DNA from: Candidatus Bathyarchaeota archaeon
Lineage (GTDB): Archaea > Thermoproteota > Bathyarchaeia > TCS64
Assembly: GCA_963771885.1 (NCBI GenBank)
Contig: CAVYVF010000005.1
Location: forward strand, 1 to 11,994
Reading direction: 5' to 3'
DNA: 11,994 nucleotides
Shown: positions 7,507 to 11,994 of the stretch, piece after piece
Layout of the letters: every line of letters begins with the position of its first letter
Numbering within the stretch: the first letter of the stretch is position 1
The notes under the pieces: model-generated
Told to the model about the DNA's origin: nothing
Databases searched by the model: none
The model's input: the letters and a program-made list of their open reading frames with translations, nothing else
Position numbers and translations under genes: made by a program

Positions 7507-8337
7507 ATGTCACCCAAAAAAGCTCTGATAAGTATACTACTCATCGTAGCTATAATTGCCCCTACCGTTCAGGGAATCCCTAGTGGTGGCGGTTTACCAC
7601 CGAGCTTTACATACAATTCAGGAGAATGGTATGACGCTTGGGGAATCACACGCACATATGCCGAAGGAAGCCACGGCTACCTCCCACTACTACTCGCAGA
7701 GACAATTGGTGATAACAGTGAACAAGCCTACAGTATTGGTCAAAGGATGCAAGATACCTACTCCGATGAGAATACGCTGGCGACCAAGATTCTGAATTAT
7801 GTCCAGACCTGGGTAGAATACGGCTATGATAGCGATAATGTGTTCATGAATGGTGTAGCTCAAGAGGAGTGGGCCTGGAACGCTGATGAATTAGCTCACA
7901 GCTTCGACACTTCAACAGGCCAAATGGCGGTAGGGGACTGCGAAGACATGTCTTTCCTCAGCGCAACAATCTATGAAGGCGCGGGATTCGAGACAGCTAT
8001 CATCGACGCACCTGGACACGTAGCCTTACTCATCTGGTTACCTGATTTCCAGAACGCTAACCATTACTGGGATCTAGATGATGGTCGAGGAGCCGGCTGG
8101 ATCTGGGTCGAGGCAACCGGCTCATCGAATCCTTTAGGCTGGACGCCCCCAGACTTCTCTGACGGTGAATGGACCGCTTATACGCATGTTGGCGATACCT
8201 TCTATTCTCAACAACCCTATCAGGGTTCTACAGATGGAACGGGAACCGATGGTTCAGGGTCTAGTGGATTCGATTTGAACCTCGTGATACTCATCATTGT
8301 AATACTATTCATGTTGTTCACAAAATCCAGAAGATAA
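7507..8337 (+). CDS. Secreted, C-terminally anchored transglutaminase-like (papain-fold) protein
   Basis: Signal peptide MSPKKALISILLIVAIIAPTVQG; GDCEDMS / GHVAL / WVEAT triad; G/S/T linker, TM helix and KSRR tail. ATG 7507 is preferred over 7480. Confidence 0.82.
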   Translation: MSPKKALISILLIVAIIAPTVQGIPSGGGLPPSFTYNSGEWYDAWGITRTYAEGSHGYLPLLLAETIGDNSEQAYSIGQRMQDTYSDENTLATKILNYVQTWVEYGYDSDNVFMNGVAQEEWAWNADELAHSFDTSTGQMAVGDCEDMSFLSATIYEGAGFETAIIDAPGHVALLIWLPDFQNANHYWDLDDGRGAGWIWVEATGSSNPLGWTPPDFSDGEWTAYTHVGDTFYSQQPYQGSTDGTGTDGSGSSGFDLNLVILIIVILFMLFTKSRR

Positions 8338-8407
8338 CCACTAATAAGCGCACAGATGGTACTATTCTAGAGGTAAATTTGATAGGATCAACACCAGTCT
8401 ATGAAAC

Positions 8408-9586
8408 ATGGACACCGTAAACGCGGAGTCTGATCTAAACGCCTCCAAAATAAATAAGGATCTAGTAACCGGAAACACCAAATTCTCACTGAAAATCCTC
8501 AAAGAGTTACAGACAGAAGACAAAGACAAAAACATATTCATATCCCCCGTCAGCATCTCGATAGCTCTAGCCATGCTCTATAACGGAGCTGAAAGTCACA
8601 CCAAAGAAGCGATCGCTGAAGCTTTACAGATAAAGGGAATACTTCCCGCTGATATTAATGAAGGGTTTCAAGACCTCATGGATTCACTGGACGACCTGGG
8701 CACCCATGTCAGCTTGAGTATAGCCAACTCTATCTGGGTCAGACAAACATTCGAATCCCATATTAAAGACGAATTCAAGAGCGACCTCGCCACATATTTC
8801 AGAAGCGAGATTCTTTCCCGTCGATTTAGTGACTCCGCTACCGTAAACGAGATCAACGCTTGGGTTAAAACCAAGACGGGGGGCAAGATAGAAAAAATAA
8901 TTGAATTCATTTCTCGAGATACAATGATGTACATCATCAACGCGATATATTTCAAGGGAGACTGGCTCAACAAATTTGAAGAAACCAAGACCCGACAGAG
9001 GAATTTCCATCTCGAAAATGGGAAAACCATACAGAAAAAAATGATGAGCACAGTCAAGAAGTTCCATTATTATCATGACGACGGTATACAGGCTGCACGG
9101 TTGCCTTATGATCGAGACAAGATAGCGATGTATATACTACTACCCGATGAAGGCACGAATCTAAATTCTCTCGTAAACGATATCGATCCGGATAAACTTG
9201 AAGCCATTTTCTTAAAGATGAAAAAAATCGAACTCGAGTTACAATTACCGAAGTTGAAGCTAGAGTACGGAAAAAAGCAGTTGAACGACGCCCTCATCCG
9301 ACTAGGAATGGGCATAGCCTTCGATAGAGATTCCGCCAATTTCAAGGCCATTGCCTCACTCTACTCTGAGAACCTATTCGTATCTTTCGTAGACCATAAG
9401 GCAGTTGTTGAAGTTAACGAGATGGGAACAGAAGCAGCGGCAGTTACGAACATCGGGATCAAGCTATCAAGTATGTCGATAGCTACTCGGAGATTTATCG
9501 TGAATAAGCCTTATTTGTTTGTGATACGTGATGACCGCTCTGGTTTAATTTTGTTTATGGGAAAGATTGTAGAACCACTCCAATAG
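8408..9586 (+). CDS. Serpin family protein (inhibitory-type hinge)
   Basis: NIFISPVSISIALAMLYNGA, INAIYFKGDW, VEVNEMGTEAAAVT, F.VNKPYLFVIRD..SGLILFMGKIVEP. Confidence 0.97.
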   Translation: MDTVNAESDLNASKINKDLVTGNTKFSLKILKELQTEDKDKNIFISPVSISIALAMLYNGAESHTKEAIAEALQIKGILPADINEGFQDLMDSLDDLGTHVSLSIANSIWVRQTFESHIKDEFKSDLATYFRSEILSRRFSDSATVNEINAWVKTKTGGKIEKIIEFISRDTMMYIINAIYFKGDWLNKFEETKTRQRNFHLENGKTIQKKMMSTVKKFHYYHDDGIQAARLPYDRDKIAMYILLPDEGTNLNSLVNDIDPDKLEAIFLKMKKIELELQLPKLKLEYGKKQLNDALIRLGMGIAFDRDSANFKAIASLYSENLFVSFVDHKAVVEVNEMGTEAAAVTNIGIKLSSMSIATRRFIVNKPYLFVIRDDRSGLILFMGKIVEPLQ

Positions 9587-9696
9587 TTAGCCACGCACTC
9601 CATGATGGGAATCTTTAGTTCACTAATAATTCAAACGAGCATAATACCCTGTATCGAGCGTGCATGGGAGTATCTAGAGGGTCTACGTAATTTTTT

Positions 9697-9703
9697 CGCG
9701 CGC
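9697..9703. repeat. Intergenic alternating-CG motif
   Basis: TTTCGCGCGCACA (9694-9706) is the exact reverse complement of TGTGCGCGCGAAA (693-705). Confidence 0.7.
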
Positions 9704-9758
9704 ACATTATTGTACAAGCAGTTATTTAGACTCTAATACACAAGTCCATAGACCTCCA

Positions 9759-11702
9759 ATGAGGGCAAAGACTCAATGCGCCCGAGATTGCCCCGATTCC
9801 TGCTACATGGATGCAGAGGTGATAAAAGGTAAACTATTCTCAGTCACCGGAGGAAGAGACAATCCCATAACAAACGGAATGGTCTGCCCCCGAGGAGCAG
9901 GGGACGTAACACGAGTCTACAGTGATAAACGCGTCCTATACCCACGATTAAGAACGGGTAAAAAACCGAACAATGAATTTCTTAAGGTAACATGGAACCA
10001 AGCCTACGACAAAATTACCTCAACCTTGAAGGAATCACTAGAAAAATATGGTCCCGAGAAAATTTTACTATTGGACTATGCAGGCAACGCAGCTCTAATA
10101 ACCTCTCAGTACTCGATGCGCCTCTGGGCGGCAATGGGCGCAACCCACACCGATCACTCAATATGCAGCTTATCCGGGCACGAGGCCCTTAAGCTACACT
10201 ACGGACTCAGCTACGGGGTTACTGCTGAAAAACTACCGAGTATGAGACTCGTTATACTCTGGGGACATAATGCGAAAGTTAGCAGCATGCATCAGTGGGC
10301 CCAAATAAATAAGGCACGGGAAAATGGGGCAAAACTTGTTGTTATTGACCCCAGATGCAGTGAATCAGCGGCTCAGGCAGATTTATGGATTAAGCCCAAA
10401 CCCGGGTCCGATGTAACACTCGCTTATGGCATCGCCAATTACATTATAAACAAAGGCTACGTTGACCTTGACTTCATAAAACAGCATACAATCGGCTACG
10501 ATAATTATCGAAATGAAGCTCTAAACTGGTCAAAAAGCAAAGTCGAATCCATCACAGGTGTTGAATGGAGTGAGGTCGAGACTCTAGCGACTCTACTCGG
10601 AGAAAATAAGCCAAGCGTCATCTTCATGGGGATAGGTCTTCAGAAGGGCAACAATGGTGCTGAGGCGATCAGAGGCATCTCACTTCTGCCAAACCTAGTC
10701 GGACAACATCGAGGATTCTACTATACAAACAGCCGAGCCCGATTCATCGACTATGATTATCTCCACAACCCTAATCATAATTTTATTTGGAAAACCGTTA
10801 GTCAAACAAACTTAGCCTCACAGATTCAGGACGGAGATTACAAATTCATCTACGTAACTGGCACCAATCCCCTCGTTACGTTACCCAACCAAAAGTCTCT
10901 ACGCGAGGGACTATGCAGAAGCGACGTCTATTTGGTAGTTCACGATACGCATATGACCGAGACTTGTGATTACGCTGACGCCGTTCTCCCTGCGCCGACC
11001 TTCCTTGAAAAGGAGGACGTCTCAATATCCGATTGTCACCCTTACACCCGTTTCGGGCAGCGGTGTATCGAGCCCTTGGGTGAGAGCCGCACAGAAGTAT
11101 CCGTCACGAGAGAAATAGCCCTCCGCATTGGAATAGGTGGCCCATGGCTCATGGAGGAGCCGAGGGAAGCAATAAGGAAAACTATGAAGGACTCATTCGA
11201 AAATGGAACTGTTGAAGAGTTTCTCCAAGGCAAAGATTTGAAGATGAGGGAGAGAAGCAGAGATGAATATCAGACTCCAAGTGGAAAAGTCGAGTTCACA
11301 TCAACGACCGCCATCGACCCGACCACTCCACTTCCTAAACAGCGCCCACTCCTTGACGAGGATTCCTTAACCCTGCTAAATAGCTCACTTCCGCACTGGA
11401 CGCACAGTCAATTCAGAGATGTTTACGGGGAAATACCTTCAATTGTTTGGGTGAACAAACTTGACGCAGATGCGAGAGGAATCAGCGACGGTGACGCTGT
11501 TATTCTAAGTAATTCTGGTGGTGAGATAGAGGCTAAAGCACTGGTTGGTGCCAAGGTCAGGCGAGGTGTATTATGGTCTCCTCGACCAATAATCGATACC
11601 CTAGGTAGGCCACAAAATTCGTTAACTTCAGGAAAACCTCAGCATATAGGTGGGGGTCCTAGTTTTAACTCGACAAGAGTTAATTTAAATAAGAAAAAAT
11701 GA
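9759..11702 (+). CDS. Molybdopterin-dependent oxidoreductase (DMSO reductase superfamily), catalytic subunit
   Basis: N-terminal CARDCPDSC..CPRG Fe-S motif, LVVIDPR, IKPKPGSD, TETCDYADAVLPAPTFLEKED, TPSGKVEF, and a C-terminal Mo-dinucleotide-binding domain. Confidence 0.95.
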   Translation: MRAKTQCARDCPDSCYMDAEVIKGKLFSVTGGRDNPITNGMVCPRGAGDVTRVYSDKRVLYPRLRTGKKPNNEFLKVTWNQAYDKITSTLKESLEKYGPEKILLLDYAGNAALITSQYSMRLWAAMGATHTDHSICSLSGHEALKLHYGLSYGVTAEKLPSMRLVILWGHNAKVSSMHQWAQINKARENGAKLVVIDPRCSESAAQADLWIKPKPGSDVTLAYGIANYIINKGYVDLDFIKQHTIGYDNYRNEALNWSKSKVESITGVEWSEVETLATLLGENKPSVIFMGIGLQKGNNGAEAIRGISLLPNLVGQHRGFYYTNSRARFIDYDYLHNPNHNFIWKTVSQTNLASQIQDGDYKFIYVTGTNPLVTLPNQKSLREGLCRSDVYLVVHDTHMTETCDYADAVLPAPTFLEKEDVSISDCHPYTRFGQRCIEPLGESRTEVSVTREIALRIGIGGPWLMEEPREAIRKTMKDSFENGTVEEFLQGKDLKMRERSRDEYQTPSGKVEFTSTTAIDPTTPLPKQRPLLDEDSLTLLNSSLPHWTHSQFRDVYGEIPSIVWVNKLDADARGISDGDAVILSNSGGEIEAKALVGAKVRRGVLWSPRPIIDTLGRPQNSLTSGKPQHIGGGPSFNSTRVNLNKKK

Positions 11703-11976
11703 TTACATCGCCCACGCAACAAACACTCAATCGCTAACCCTAATCCCTCCAAAGCTTATCCTAATGCCATCAATGTAAGCTGGGTTTCCCCAATCTACCC
11801 GCCTTGAAATCCATTGTGAACCAGCCGCTAACTCAATAAACCGTATAAAATGAATAACCACACTTACAATCCTCAAACGCCGTAAACTCCCTCGACACCG
11901 AAGTCACGTTATCAAACGGGTAAATCACAGACCCGAGCATCCTAATGCTCTCGGACGGCGTACCCCCTACCGACAC

Positions 11977-11988
11977 ATCGCGCGCGAT
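11977..11988. repeat. Perfect palindrome ATCGCGCGCGAT containing (CG)4
   Basis: Read directly from the sequence. It lies at the window edge, so its coding context is uncertain. Confidence 0.55.
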
Positions 11989-11994
11989 TGCGGT

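Noticed and set aside
264..11233. Many alternative-frame and antisense ORFs (e.g. 962-1288, 1097-1498, 5145-5462, 6450-6854, 8668-9076)
   Set aside because: They lie within well-supported genes and show no motifs; treated as shadow ORFs.
693..11988. Canonical integron cassette array or CRISPR array
   Set aside because: No integrase or cas gene, no attC R/L boxes, and no 25-40 nt regularly spaced repeats. The genes have their own promoters and mixed orientation.

Overview
Archaeal-looking accessory region. TATA-box promoters, a GGTGA ribosome-binding site and short or leaderless starts suggest this; Bathyarchaeia is plausible but only an inference. It holds about 12 mostly unrelated genes. 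In order: a metal-resistance unit (SHOCT membrane protein, CsoR/RcnR-family repressor with a G/C-tract operator, atypical P1B-type ATPase), an MFS transporter, a 40-aa membrane peptide missing from the ORF track, a pyridoxamine 5'-phosphate oxidase-like flavoprotein, DUF1294, a zinc-ribbon protein, a DUF350-like membrane protein, a membrane-anchored transglutaminase-like Cys protein, an inhibitory-type serpin and a stand-alone molybdopterin oxidoreductase. The most unusual signal is non-coding. A short alternating (CG)3-4 motif, or a near-variant, sits in almost every gap between transcription units, and I did not see it inside the called genes. The + strand also tends to switch from G/T-rich to A/C-rich across those gaps, giving a gene-scale sawtooth skew. 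All counts were made by eye.
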